Shown: piece by piece, positions 10,123-20,200 of the stretch
Layout of the letters: each line of letters opens with the position of its first letter
How positions within the stretch are numbered: position 1 is the stretch's first letter
Origin: an uncultured Candidatus Saccharibacteria bacterium
GTDB lineage: Bacteria; Patescibacteriota; Saccharimonadia; CAILAD01; GCA-016700035
Length of the DNA stretch: 64,000 nt
Reading direction: 5' to 3'
Assembly: GCA_964583675.1 (NCBI GenBank)
Contig: CAZOVH010000001.1
Location: 17,754-81,753, forward strand
Notes under the pieces: generated by a model
Seen by the model: only the letters and a program-made list of their open reading frames with translations
Database searches by the model: none
Told to the model about the DNA's origin: nothing
Translations under genes and position numbers: made by a program

Positions 10123-11367
10123 CTAGTTCGTAGTTGTACTCGAGGCGCCCGAAGGGTTCCCCAGGTCCTGGCCTACAAGGTTGTATACAGGGTATAGAAT
10201 ACCAATAATCATCAGTACAACCATACCGCCCATCACAACTATTAATGCTGGCTCAATAATCGTAGAAATATTTTTCACCGCTTGATCTACTTCGTTCTCA
10301 TAGAAGCTTGCCAAACGATCCAACATTTCGCTCATCGTACCAGAGTCTTCTCCTACCTTAATCATCTGACTCACTAATGGTAGGAAGTACTCTGTTTTTT
10401 GTAATGCCTCCGAAAGTGCTCGCCCAGATTTCACCTCTTCAGCCAATATCTCCACTTCTGCTTTGAGTATTTCATTATTGAGACTATCTGAAACCAACTT
10501 AAGCGATTCTAAAATTGGTATACCACTAGCAACGAGACTCCCCAGCGTACGCGCAAATCGTGCCATATACATCTTAATGAACAATTGATTTGCTGGGGGC
10601 ATGGTAATCTTAGCCCGTGCGATATTCTTTTTCCCTGTAGGTGTCCTGAAATAAGACATAATCCCATAAATGATTGCTGCTACTGCTGGGAGTGTGATGA
10701 ACCACCACTTCGTAATCAAATCAGACATAAACATCAATGCGGATGTTATCCATGGCAAAGGCTTATTGAAGCTCTTATACAGCTCGGCAATTTGTGGTAC
10801 AACGCTCGTCATCATAAAGCCCATAACGAGCAAGATTACAACCATCACAATCGCTGGATAAATTAAGGCGCCTTTTACTTTTGAAGTAATTTCCGCTTCT
10901 TTCTCAAGCTGAAGCGCTAGCCGCTCCATAGTTATTTCTAGGTTACCACTGGCTTCACCAGCCTGGACCATGGAGACATAAATAGTATTAAAATTCTCAG
11001 GAAATTGGGCTAATGACTCCGAAAAGGATGTACCCCCTTCAACGGACTTTGAAAGCTTGAAGATAACCGCCTTCATACGTTTATCTTCAACCTGGCTCAT
11101 GGATGAGTTCAAGGCAGAAGCGACTGGTAGGCCAGCCTTAATCAGCGTAGCCATCTGGCGCGTAAAGACAACTTTGTGCTTAGTTTTAACCTTGCCAGTT
11201 GTTGACGTTGTAGAAAACGCCGACGTCTTCTTTGGCTTCATCTCCAAAGGATAAAGATCCTGCTTTAAAAGCAGCTTACCGGCAGCCATCTCATTATCGG
11301 CCTGAATCGACCCGACTATAATACGTCCGGTAGTTTTATCTTTAGCTTTATATTGAAAATCTAGCAT
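10123..11367 (-). CDS. pilC: Type IV pilus platform protein PilC (T2SS F family)
   Basis: FTRQMATLIKAG, GEASGNLE, ALIYP, FARTLGSLVASGIP and IIEP motifs. Confidence 0.95.
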   Translation of the reverse strand: MLDFQYKAKDKTTGRIIVGSIQADNEMAAGKLLLKQDLYPLEMKPKKTSAFSTTSTTGKVKTKHKVVFTRQMATLIKAGLPVASALNSSMSQVEDKRMKAVIFKLSKSVEGGTSFSESLAQFPENFNTIYVSMVQAGEASGNLEITMERLALQLEKEAEITSKVKGALIYPAIVMVVILLVMGFMMTSVVPQIAELYKSFNKPLPWITSALMFMSDLITKWWFITLPAVAAIIYGIMSYFRTPTGKKNIARAKITMPPANQLFIKMYMARFARTLGSLVASGIPILESLKLVSDSLNNEILKAEVEILAEEVKSGRALSEALQKTEYFLPLVSQMIKVGEDSGTMSEMLDRLASFYENEVDQAVKNISTIIEPALIVVMGGMVVLMIIGILYPVYNLVGQDLGNPSGASSTTTN

Positions 11368-11382
11368 CTATTTATAGTTAAC

Positions 11383-12642
11383 CTAATGTCGCATTAAGCG
11401 ATCAAGCTCCTCAAGATTTACGGCGTAATTCTTAGCCTCTTCATAGCTAATCTTGCCTTCGTGGATATAGTGTGCAAGGGTAGCGTCCATCGACTGCATA
11501 CCATATTCGGCACCGGTCTGAATAACCGCGTCTAGCTGGTGGGTCTTGCCTTCACGAATAATGTTACGCACAGCCGGTGTGACCACCAAAATTTCCGCAA
11601 CCGCCATACGACCACCACCAATCATCGGGATAAGACGCTGGGCTACAATCCCCTGCAACACACTCGCAAGCTGAATGCGGATTTGCTGCTGCTGATGTGG
11701 AGGAAACACGTCTACCATACGGTCGATTGACTGCGCAGCTGAGTTGGTGTGCAATGTCGCAAACACCAAGTGACCAGTTTCTGCCACCGTAATAGCCGTA
11801 GAGATTGTTTCCAGGTCGCGCATCTCACCAATTAACACGACATCTGGGTCTTCACGCAAACTCGAGCGAAGTGCCGAGGCAAAGCTCTTGGTATCAAAGT
11901 GAACTTCGCGCTGTACCACAATCGATTTCTTGTGATGGTGCTGATATTCGATTGGATCTTCGATGGTAATAATGTGCATGGCGCGCTCACGGTTTACCTT
12001 ATCGAGCATTCCGGCAAGCGTTGTAGACTTACCCGAACCCGTTGGGCCAGTTACGAGTACGAGGCCGCGCGGAAATTCAGTAAGTTTGTTCATAATTGGC
12101 GGCAGGCCAAGATCTTCTACAGTGCGAATTTTATTAGGAATGAGACGAAATGCCGCTGCTGGATTCCCTTTTTCGTGGAAAGCATTAACGCGAAAACGAC
12201 CAAGATCACCGTAAGCAAAGGAGAAGTCGATTTCCTTATCTTTAAGGTAAACCTCTTTTTGTTCGTCATCCAAAAGGCTAAAGATAATGTCATCAATATC
12301 TTCGGCGGTTAGAACTTTTTCACCCTGAATTGGAGCTAATGCACCATCAACACGCAGCATTGGCGGCAAACCAACTTGTACGTGAATATCTGAAGCATCA
12401 CGACGGATAACTTCTTCCAGATACGGCTCGATTGAAAGCTTACCAGAGTGCGGCGTTTGTTCAACTTGATGTACTTGATCGGTGGCGCTCACCTCCGCCG
12501 CCGGAGCTGGTGCAGCAACAGGAGCCGGCACCTGGGCTGGTGGAATTTGCGCAGCCGGCGGCACGCTCGATACCACCCCACCCACACCATCTACTGGTAT
12601 GCCGCTAGGTTGAGCTGGAGTTGTTGGGTCGGTCGGCTGCAT
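11383..12642 (-). CDS. pilT: Type IV pilus retraction ATPase PilT, with a Pro/Ala-rich N-terminal extension
   Basis: GPTGSGKSTT, TIEDPIE, LREDPDVVLIGEMRD, AETGHLV..TLHT and AVRNIIREGK motifs. Confidence 0.95.
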   Translation of the reverse strand: MQPTDPTTPAQPSGIPVDGVGGVVSSVPPAAQIPPAQVPAPVAAPAPAAEVSATDQVHQVEQTPHSGKLSIEPYLEEVIRRDASDIHVQVGLPPMLRVDGALAPIQGEKVLTAEDIDDIIFSLLDDEQKEVYLKDKEIDFSFAYGDLGRFRVNAFHEKGNPAAAFRLIPNKIRTVEDLGLPPIMNKLTEFPRGLVLVTGPTGSGKSTTLAGMLDKVNRERAMHIITIEDPIEYQHHHKKSIVVQREVHFDTKSFASALRSSLREDPDVVLIGEMRDLETISTAITVAETGHLVFATLHTNSAAQSIDRMVDVFPPHQQQQIRIQLASVLQGIVAQRLIPMIGGGRMAVAEILVVTPAVRNIIREGKTHQLDAVIQTGAEYGMQSMDATLAHYIHEGKISYEEAKNYAVNLEELDRLMRH

Positions 12643-12663
12643 GATAATTCCTTTACTTATTCG

Positions 12664-14457
12664 CTAGTGATCGGTCGCTACGCGGGCCACTTCTTCTACT
12701 GTGGTCACGCCTGTAAGCGCCTTTAAATACCCATCTTGCTGCATGGTAAGCATTCCATCTTTGATGGCTTGAGTTTGAATGTCGTTGGTTGTTGCTCGAT
12801 TTAAGAGCAGCTTTTCCATCGCTGGATTCATTTCAAAAACCTCAAAGATACCGATGCGCCCCGAGTAACCTTCTTTGCACTCGTCGCAGCCTACCCCCTT
12901 ATACAAAGTATAAGCGTTTTGACTATACAGTGGCAAACCCTGGTAGCCATATTCTTGTTCCTTAGCCTGAACTTCCGCCTGATTTTTCGGTAAGAAAGGA
13001 CCAATAATTTTGTTGATTAACTCCACTGCTGTTCCTGGAGCGGCATAGGCTTGCTTACATTTTTGACACACGCGGCGAACCAGACGCTGACCAATTACCG
13101 TGTTTACCGTAGAAGCGATCAGAAAAGGTTCAATCTTCATATCAAGCATACGTGGAAGCACACCAGCGGCCGAGTTGGTGTGTAGCGTTGAAAGCACCGT
13201 GTGCCCCGTAAGTGCCGCTTGCACCGCAAGGTCGGCTGTTTCGGCATCACGAATTTCTCCCACAAGCACTACATTTGGGTCTTGACGCAGAATGGAGCGC
13301 AAGCCGTTCGCGAATGTCAGCCCGACGGCAGTATTTACCTGAATCTGGTTAATGCCTTCCATTTTATATTCCACCGGATCCTCGAGCGTCACAATATTAA
13401 TTGCAACAGACTTAATTGCGGCTACAACCGCGTACAGTGTCGTTGACTTACCAGAACCAGTCGGTCCGGTTGAGAGAATCATGCCGTGTGGTTTATGAAT
13501 ACCCGAGGTGATAAGCCTCAAACTGCGACCTCTAAACCCAAGTGTGTCCAAAGTAATGTTTTGAGCGTTCTTATCCAAAATACGGATAACCACCTGCTCG
13601 CCATAACTAATCGGCGCAATCGCAATACGCAAGTCCACTTCACGACCAGCAAACATATATACGGCCTGTCCGTCTTGCGGGATACGATGTTCGTCAATTT
13701 TGAGGTTTGAAAGAATTTTAATACGAGAAATAAGTGCCGCCTCAGTCGACTTTGGTAACGTCATCACTTCTTGCAAAATTCCGTCCACACGAAAACGGAT
13801 CTTCAACTCTTTTTGTCGTGGTTCAATATGAATATCTGATGCGCGCGAATTGATGGCATATTCTAAAATTGTGTTGAGCGCCCTGGTGATTGGCGCATCT
13901 TGCACAATGTCATTAATCTTTTTCTGATCCTGAACTGTTTTCTTTTCGGCTTCGACTTCTTCTTTTTGTGCCGAAGCGATATTTTTAAGCACCTCTGAGA
14001 CTTCTTGCGAAAACTTCTCTTTGTACATGCCGAGCACAAAATCGATGCCGGCCTGAGAAGCGATATACGGACTAATGGTGTAGCCAGTTTTACGCGAGAT
14101 AAAATCGATTGCCTGTAGGTTGGTTGGGTCTAGCAGTGCGACATTTAAGGCGTTGTTGGACACCCCAAATGGTACCGCCATGTACGTTTTTGCAATATCC
14201 AAAGGTACCATTTCTAGTATCTTTTGATCGACCGAATGCTCGAGATGCATGAGATCTACAAACGGTATCTTTTTAGCAATTGCAATCAGCTTAACCGAAT
14301 CATCTTCAGATAACGCCTTCATATCCAAAAGAACCTGCAAAAGCCCCTTATTTTCTTTAGCTGAGCGTAGCTTCGCAATCTCCAATACATCGTGCGGGAC
14401 TATACCTCCCTGCACAATCATATTCTCGATAATTTTTTGATTTTCTAGTGTGAGCAT
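12664..14457 (-). CDS. pilB: Type IV pilus assembly ATPase PilB (GspE/PulE family)
   Basis: ASDIHIEP, R.PQDG, GPTGSGKSTTLY, LRQDPNVVLVGEIRD and a tetracysteine Zn motif (CQKC...GCDEC). Confidence 0.95.
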   Translation of the reverse strand: MLTLENQKIIENMIVQGGIVPHDVLEIAKLRSAKENKGLLQVLLDMKALSEDDSVKLIAIAKKIPFVDLMHLEHSVDQKILEMVPLDIAKTYMAVPFGVSNNALNVALLDPTNLQAIDFISRKTGYTISPYIASQAGIDFVLGMYKEKFSQEVSEVLKNIASAQKEEVEAEKKTVQDQKKINDIVQDAPITRALNTILEYAINSRASDIHIEPRQKELKIRFRVDGILQEVMTLPKSTEAALISRIKILSNLKIDEHRIPQDGQAVYMFAGREVDLRIAIAPISYGEQVVIRILDKNAQNITLDTLGFRGRSLRLITSGIHKPHGMILSTGPTGSGKSTTLYAVVAAIKSVAINIVTLEDPVEYKMEGINQIQVNTAVGLTFANGLRSILRQDPNVVLVGEIRDAETADLAVQAALTGHTVLSTLHTNSAAGVLPRMLDMKIEPFLIASTVNTVIGQRLVRRVCQKCKQAYAAPGTAVELINKIIGPFLPKNQAEVQAKEQEYGYQGLPLYSQNAYTLYKGVGCDECKEGYSGRIGIFEVFEMNPAMEKLLLNRATTNDIQTQAIKDGMLTMQQDGYLKALTGVTTVEEVARVATDH

Positions 14458-14474
14458 TTAATCAAGCGCTCCAC

Positions 14475-14726
14475 TTACAACGGATCTTCGCGACCACACG
14501 TTTCAGCAGTACACTGTTGAGGAGACGAATAGTCGTTATACCGCTCTAATTCTGTAAGCTTTTCCTGATCTTTTTGATCACTCAAAGGCACAGCAACTTT
14601 AGCGGGAACCTGAACATTAATACCCGTATCCTTAGGGGCTGGGGCAAGCTGTGTGTACAGCAGTACGCCCGTGATGGCAATGACTGCAACCGCAATTACA
14701 AGTCCGATAATATCTCTACGTTTCAT
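14475..14726 (-). CDS. Small single-pass membrane protein in the pilMNO operon (PilP position)
   Basis: 83 aa with an N-terminal TM helix; start overlaps the pilO stop; C-terminal GREDPL. Confidence 0.7.
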   Translation of the reverse strand: MKRRDIIGLVIAVAVIAITGVLLYTQLAPAPKDTGINVQVPAKVAVPLSDQKDQEKLTELERYNDYSSPQQCTAETCGREDPL

Positions 14727-15460
14727 TATTCGTACTTCCCTTTATCTGCTTCATACTCATCAATCTTCACCTCTTGAGCATTAATTGAAGGCTTAGGCAA
14801 AGCGTAAATCTTATACTGCATATCAAGAGTATACGTACCCTGGGAGCTGGTAATCTTCATTGTAGAAAAATCAAAGATACGAGCAGATGCCTCAAGCGCA
14901 GCGAGAAAACCAAGGACCGAATCTTGACTGCCAGTGGCCTTAACTGCAACCAAGCTGGACTTCGAACCAGTAGCAGGCGCTGTCGTACCGGCCGTTGTGC
15001 CCGCAGTAGCAGTGGCGCCAGCAGCTGTCGGCTTATTGATTGACTCAATGTCTACCTGATAATCGCTTTGTAGACGGTTGAAGATTGTAAGAATAGCCTC
15101 AAAGTCTTCGTCCTTAGGTAGCGTACGCTGAGTGATAAAATCAAACCTTGATGGACTATTACCCTCTGCCTGTTTCAGTTTCTGGATTTCCGGTTCGGCT
15201 TCCTCGAGCTTGGCTAATTTTACTTCGGAAAGCTTAACCTGGTATTCCTGAGCTCGCACTTCTAGCGCCTTACGAACATTTGCCTGAGCGAGTGTGTAGA
15301 TAAAGTATCCACCCACTAAAATAACTAGGACCGTAACGCCGATTGCGATGATAAGGTAATTTCGAATGCTCTGCATCGCAGCCTGTGTGCCTGGAGTCTC
15401 AGGCGGAGTCACCTTCTTTTTTGACGGTGGTTGTGGAGCGGCTTTTTTTGTCGGCGCCAT
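14726..15460 (-). CDS. PilO-like alignment protein
   Basis: TM helix, coiled coil and a ferredoxin-like C-terminus (LP.....E; G....V..FL..LE.S.RIF); follows pilN. Confidence 0.78.
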   Translation of the reverse strand: MAPTKKAAPQPPSKKKVTPPETPGTQAAMQSIRNYLIIAIGVTVLVILVGGYFIYTLAQANVRKALEVRAQEYQVKLSEVKLAKLEEAEPEIQKLKQAEGNSPSRFDFITQRTLPKDEDFEAILTIFNRLQSDYQVDIESINKPTAAGATATAGTTAGTTAPATGSKSSLVAVKATGSQDSVLGFLAALEASARIFDFSTMKITSSQGTYTLDMQYKIYALPKPSINAQEVKIDEYEADKGKYE

Positions 15461-16122
15461 TAGTTTGTCTCTCCACTTGTAGTAGATTCATTAGTAGTCT
15501 CTTTGTCTTCGCTCGACTTAGAATCCTCACGGAACTTCTTCACGAGCTTTTCATCTACCTTAAAAGTAACTTCAAAGTTAGCGTTATCGGTCTGCTTACG
15601 CTTTGTAACCGCCTGAACATCTACATCTGTAAATACCGGAACCCTATCAAAACCAGGAATGGGATTAAACTCAACATTGTAGGTTTTAAGCGCATTAATG
15701 AATAAAGCTACATTATTAAAATCTTTTGCCTCCACAGTAGCTTTCACTTTATAGTCCGGATCAACAGAGAGAGATGCTATACTAATGCCCTCAGGAGCAG
15801 CTTTAGCCAACTGACTAAAAAGCTGAGAAATAAGAATACGGTTATTTGAAAGTTTATCAGCTTCTGTAAGCGCAGCGTTAAACCAAGCAACATCTTGCTC
15901 GACATCCGCCTTACCAGCAATCTTCTGGTTCAACTCCTCAATGTTCCCCTTATTGGTTGCAAACTGAATATTACGGGCACCTAAGAGCAGTAAGAGAACC
16001 ACAAGAATAATACCTACACTACTACAGAGAACCAAACATACGACGGTAACTAAACGCTTAGTCTGCTGATTCTTCAGCTTTACCATGCGTGCTTCAGGAA
16101 GCAGGTTAATTCGAACCGACAT
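15460..16122 (-). CDS. pilN: PilN-like alignment protein
   Basis: N-terminal INLLP PilM-binding motif, TM helix and coiled coil. Confidence 0.88.
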   Translation of the reverse strand: MSVRINLLPEARMVKLKNQQTKRLVTVVCLVLCSSVGIILVVLLLLLGARNIQFATNKGNIEELNQKIAGKADVEQDVAWFNAALTEADKLSNNRILISQLFSQLAKAAPEGISIASLSVDPDYKVKATVEAKDFNNVALFINALKTYNVEFNPIPGFDRVPVFTDVDVQAVTKRKQTDNANFEVTFKVDEKLVKKFREDSKSSEDKETTNESTTSGETN

Positions 16123-16125
16123 CGC

Positions 16126-17163
16126 CTACACCATGTTCCTTAGCGCTAATCCAACTGCAGTCGAGTAGCCCAAAGCCATACCTGACAAACGATCGGTAAA
16201 CTCGGTTGCATAACTAATTTTCTGCCATGGATTTCCCATCTCAACCGGCAAGCCGAGTGCGTTCGCGAGATACACAGGCATTTCTGGGATGGATGCCGGA
16301 CCACCGGTAATAACAACTTTTTCCACTTTGCGTCCAGGATTGCTTTGGTAAAAGAATTCCATCGAGCGCTTAATTTCTTCTACGACATTATCAAGCAATG
16401 GCTTCATGGAGCGATATACTTGTCCTTCTAGCTTTGTCTGCGTGAGACCAAACTTACGCACAAATTGTTCAGCCTGGGCTTCGTCCAAACCAAGGTTTTG
16501 TGAGGTAACGCGAATCAGTGACTTGGCGCCAACATTCACCGAGCGGATTAAGCCTGGCACTCCGGCAGAGATCAAGCCCATATCAGTCGTAAGAGACGCA
16601 AATTCAACAACCACTACATCGATATCGGCATTTGGCACCATCGATCGAGACTGGGCAATGGCGTTAATGTCCAAAGCCATAAGCTCTAAGCCAGCTTGCT
16701 GGAAAATGTTGAGATATTTATTAGCTACGCTGGTCGGCGTCGCCACCAAGAGCACATCAATCTCTTCGGCTTCTTTATCTTGAGAAATACGGAAGAAATC
16801 TAGCTTTACCTGATCAATCGGCATTGGGATATATTTGTCGGCCTGGAAGCGAATGGTGTGTGCAATTTCGTTATCGGCCATTTGTGGCAATTTCAAAACA
16901 CTCGCAAAAACTTTACTGGCCGGCAAGCCAGCTACAACATTCTTAGTACTTACGCGCGCATCGGAAACGAGCTTTTTTAAGACCTCCGCAACTCGAGCCT
17001 GATCGGCTGGAGCGTCAGAACTCATCAAGCCAAACGGTAACTCAATATCACCGTACGTGACGAGCGTCGGCTTATCATGAATGAGTTTTAGCTCAACGAG
17101 TCGAATCCCAGAATTTCCTAGGTCGACCCCAAAATAATGTTCGTCTTCGATGAATAAGTCCAT
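16126..17163 (-). CDS. pilM: Type IV pilus assembly protein PilM (actin/FtsA-like)
   Basis: GVDLGNSGIRLVEL, YIP.PI, VLLVA, ITGG, NPW and AVGLALR motifs. Confidence 0.95.
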   Translation of the reverse strand: MDLFIEDEHYFGVDLGNSGIRLVELKLIHDKPTLVTYGDIELPFGLMSSDAPADQARVAEVLKKLVSDARVSTKNVVAGLPASKVFASVLKLPQMADNEIAHTIRFQADKYIPMPIDQVKLDFFRISQDKEAEEIDVLLVATPTSVANKYLNIFQQAGLELMALDINAIAQSRSMVPNADIDVVVVEFASLTTDMGLISAGVPGLIRSVNVGAKSLIRVTSQNLGLDEAQAEQFVRKFGLTQTKLEGQVYRSMKPLLDNVVEEIKRSMEFFYQSNPGRKVEKVVITGGPASIPEMPVYLANALGLPVEMGNPWQKISYATEFTDRLSGMALGYSTAVGLALRNMV

Positions 17164-17234
17164 GTGTTCCTATTTTAGCATAACTATTTTCAATTCGTAC
17201 TACCCTACCGCCCGGCTTTTAATTCTCTTATGGC

Positions 17235-20200
17235 TCAGAATTTTGGCCGTGCAGTATTGTTGTAGTACTTAGCGGTATTTGTTGAGGCAGTAATATCTTC
17301 AAACCCAGGTGGCGGCATAAAGCTCGACAAGCCATTACCAACGATATCTTCCGCTGGTCCACCCGTGTAGTAGTTCTGCGGCCAACCAGCCCGATTCTCA
17401 AGCCAGTAGTAGTTGGTTGCACCCCTGTTACCTGGTGAGTCAAAATCCTTACGCTCACCCGACAAATTACACACTCGGCGAATACCTAAAACATCTGAGA
17501 GGTTACAGAACTTACCAAATTCCTGGAAAGCACCCCCCTCATTTACTCGCCATCGTTCGACCATGCCAGCAAAGTCCACGTAGTTTCGTCCGAACGTAAA
17601 GCCTTCCCCGCCAGTAACACTGCCCGTTATTCGTAGCTTATTCGAGCAACCGCTGGCAGTTACATTATCGGCACTCGGTGCTTCATCAATGTTAGGGTCT
17701 TCAGTTTCGGTAGCCAAAGGATTGGAATCCAGACTTAGCGCGCCACCTCGACGGATCCACTTAGATCCTGTCGTGCCGGGCTTATCTGTCTTTGCAGCAT
17801 CTTCGTTTAGGCCACCTTCTGCGATATACAGATCGCAAGTAATCACCTTACCGGCCGCATACAAAGATGCATCAATGCGGTCAACGTTACTGGCAATAAC
17901 AATGTTCTTCGCGGAAATAATACCCAAGTTTGGAAGCTTGTTGAGTCCGGCCATATCTGGCACTCCTGTCTTCTGGAAGGTATATGGCAAACTATTATCG
18001 GTCGGATATCTGGCTTCAATGTTGCCGGTAATATAGACCGTGTCGTCTGAAACTATCGTAGATCTGCCGGCGTTGTAGATGAAGCCACCTAGCTCCATGT
18101 TTGGCTCAGTAATCGCACCACTTCCACTTGTCTGCAACTTAAAGATGGTTGGACAAGGCCTTGGAGCATTGGTGTTCACTAGGTAAAGTCCCCTATCGGC
18201 CTGTGGTCCAGCATTATGAGTACCAAACGGCAAGTTACTATTTGAGTCTGGCCTGTCGCGCAGTAACCACAGGAGACTTGGGGTGTCGATTGGCGAACCT
18301 GGAGCCCAAGAACGGTAATATTTGGCAGGTGGAGACAATTCTTGCGGACCATCATCTACATCTGGTGTGGTGCCGGTATCGCTACATTGACCGTACTCGC
18401 TGTACGCCCGATTGGCAGCTGCAACCATCTGACTATTTTTGAGTTCTTTCTGGCCGTCGCCGTTCGAATCTTCCGCTTGCTCAATATTGAGATTCACGCT
18501 ATCAAAACTACAATTGCGAGATTTTTGCGGTGCGTTAGCCTCGGCTTGGCCATATGGATCGGAGGGCTGTGGAGCGGTTCTCTGCCCCTTCGCAAATCCA
18601 AGCATGTAAAAGTTAGTCGAACAGAAGTTTGAGCCACCCTTCTCGGCAGCTGCAGTAAACTGAGCATGCAAGTTGATTGCTGGCTTTGCATCGGCAGGAG
18701 CAGGCGCACTCTCGAAAGATCCCTTATATGGACTACCATTGGTGCGGTTCTCAGCCTTATATACGCCCCTTGCCGATTCTGGTTGGTTTTCGATTTCTCC
18801 AAGTGCAGTCACATTTCCGTTCTGTACACGCAGCCACGGCTTATAGCTCACCTTAATTTCGAAGTCGCCTTGACAGGCCGAGCCAAATATCTGGGTAAAT
18901 CCACCCTGGCTAGCGGGCTTTGCTTGGCGCATCTGGAAGCCAAGCACAAATTTTGTGCCACCATCTTTTGGCGGTGTCGGTATAATCTTAAAGGTGTAAC
19001 TACTGGCACCCGGGTTAAGAGCAACTGGAGTTACCTCATTTCCACCCTCGATTTGCCGCTGGACATCCGGTATGTACCAAGCTCGAGTATCGTATTGATT
19101 ATTGGTTACCAAAGTACCACCAGTTACGACGAGCTCATGATATGTACCTGGAACGGCACCATTATTATTACCGTCTCGGTAGCCCTGCTGCCAGAAACTC
19201 TCACCAGTATTCTGCATAGTAACTTCAATTTCGTTGGATTGTGGGTAGTCGGCATCCATTACCGATATTGCATCCAACTGATTCTCAAATCCCTGTTGGT
19301 CGCATACCGCGTCATTCCTACATTGGTGCATCAGGCCTGGGCTAGAAACTCGGCGCGGTGAGTACTTCCAACTGCCTCCGGCGTTGCCGAAATCGCGAGC
19401 GCCAGATGAATATCCAGCAACCAAGTCTGAGTCTACAGCTCCCGAGCTACTATCGCTAAAGCGCGCAAACATCTCAAACTGACGATCATCACCATCTTTT
19501 AATAAAATCCCGCCCTGGCCGTTATACTTCGGTATATTTACATCCACCCGATATGCATCAGGCCCACTTGTTTGAGTAGTGATCTCCATAATATCGTTGC
19601 CGGTAGAAGTCTCTGTACGCATTAAGTTACTATTGCCGTTAATTCTAAAGTAAGTCGTAACTGGACGCGATGGGTCCGGCATATAAACCAAATTAGCGGT
19701 ATATGTGTCGCACGTAAGCGCCTCATTAGTGAGCTTGAATTTTGGCGCGTAGTAGAATGTTTGCTCTCTAAAGTTCGTCCCCACTGGAACACCCATTGAG
19801 TACGTATTTACTCCAGCTGCACCAGAATCTTTACGATAACCACATGGGCCGTTACCTTGCGCATTTATGCCGTATTGCCCAGTAGTAGTGTTCCACTGTG
19901 GAAAGTATGCCCATCCGCCGGTTGGTATAAAGGCGCACTCACGTGGAGTGTTGCCACCTATATTCCAGCTCTCGGGAGACCCACCGGCACTCCAGCTATC
20001 TGCTCCCGGAGCACCAGACCACATAATAGTACAGTAATTCTGGCCATTTGGATCCACCGCTGCATTAGGGTTATTCACACCAATAATTGGAGTATAAATC
20101 GTCCACCACAAGAACTGACTAACTGCAGTAAACTCCGCCTTGCGTCGATGATTTAAGAGACAGCCCGATATGTCGGCATTTGGTGCAACACTCGATGAAC

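Noticed and set aside
18666-19361. 231-aa plus-strand ORF and the many other antisense ORFs in the track
   Set aside because: They are shadow ORFs fully overlapping well-supported genes on the opposite strand or in another frame.
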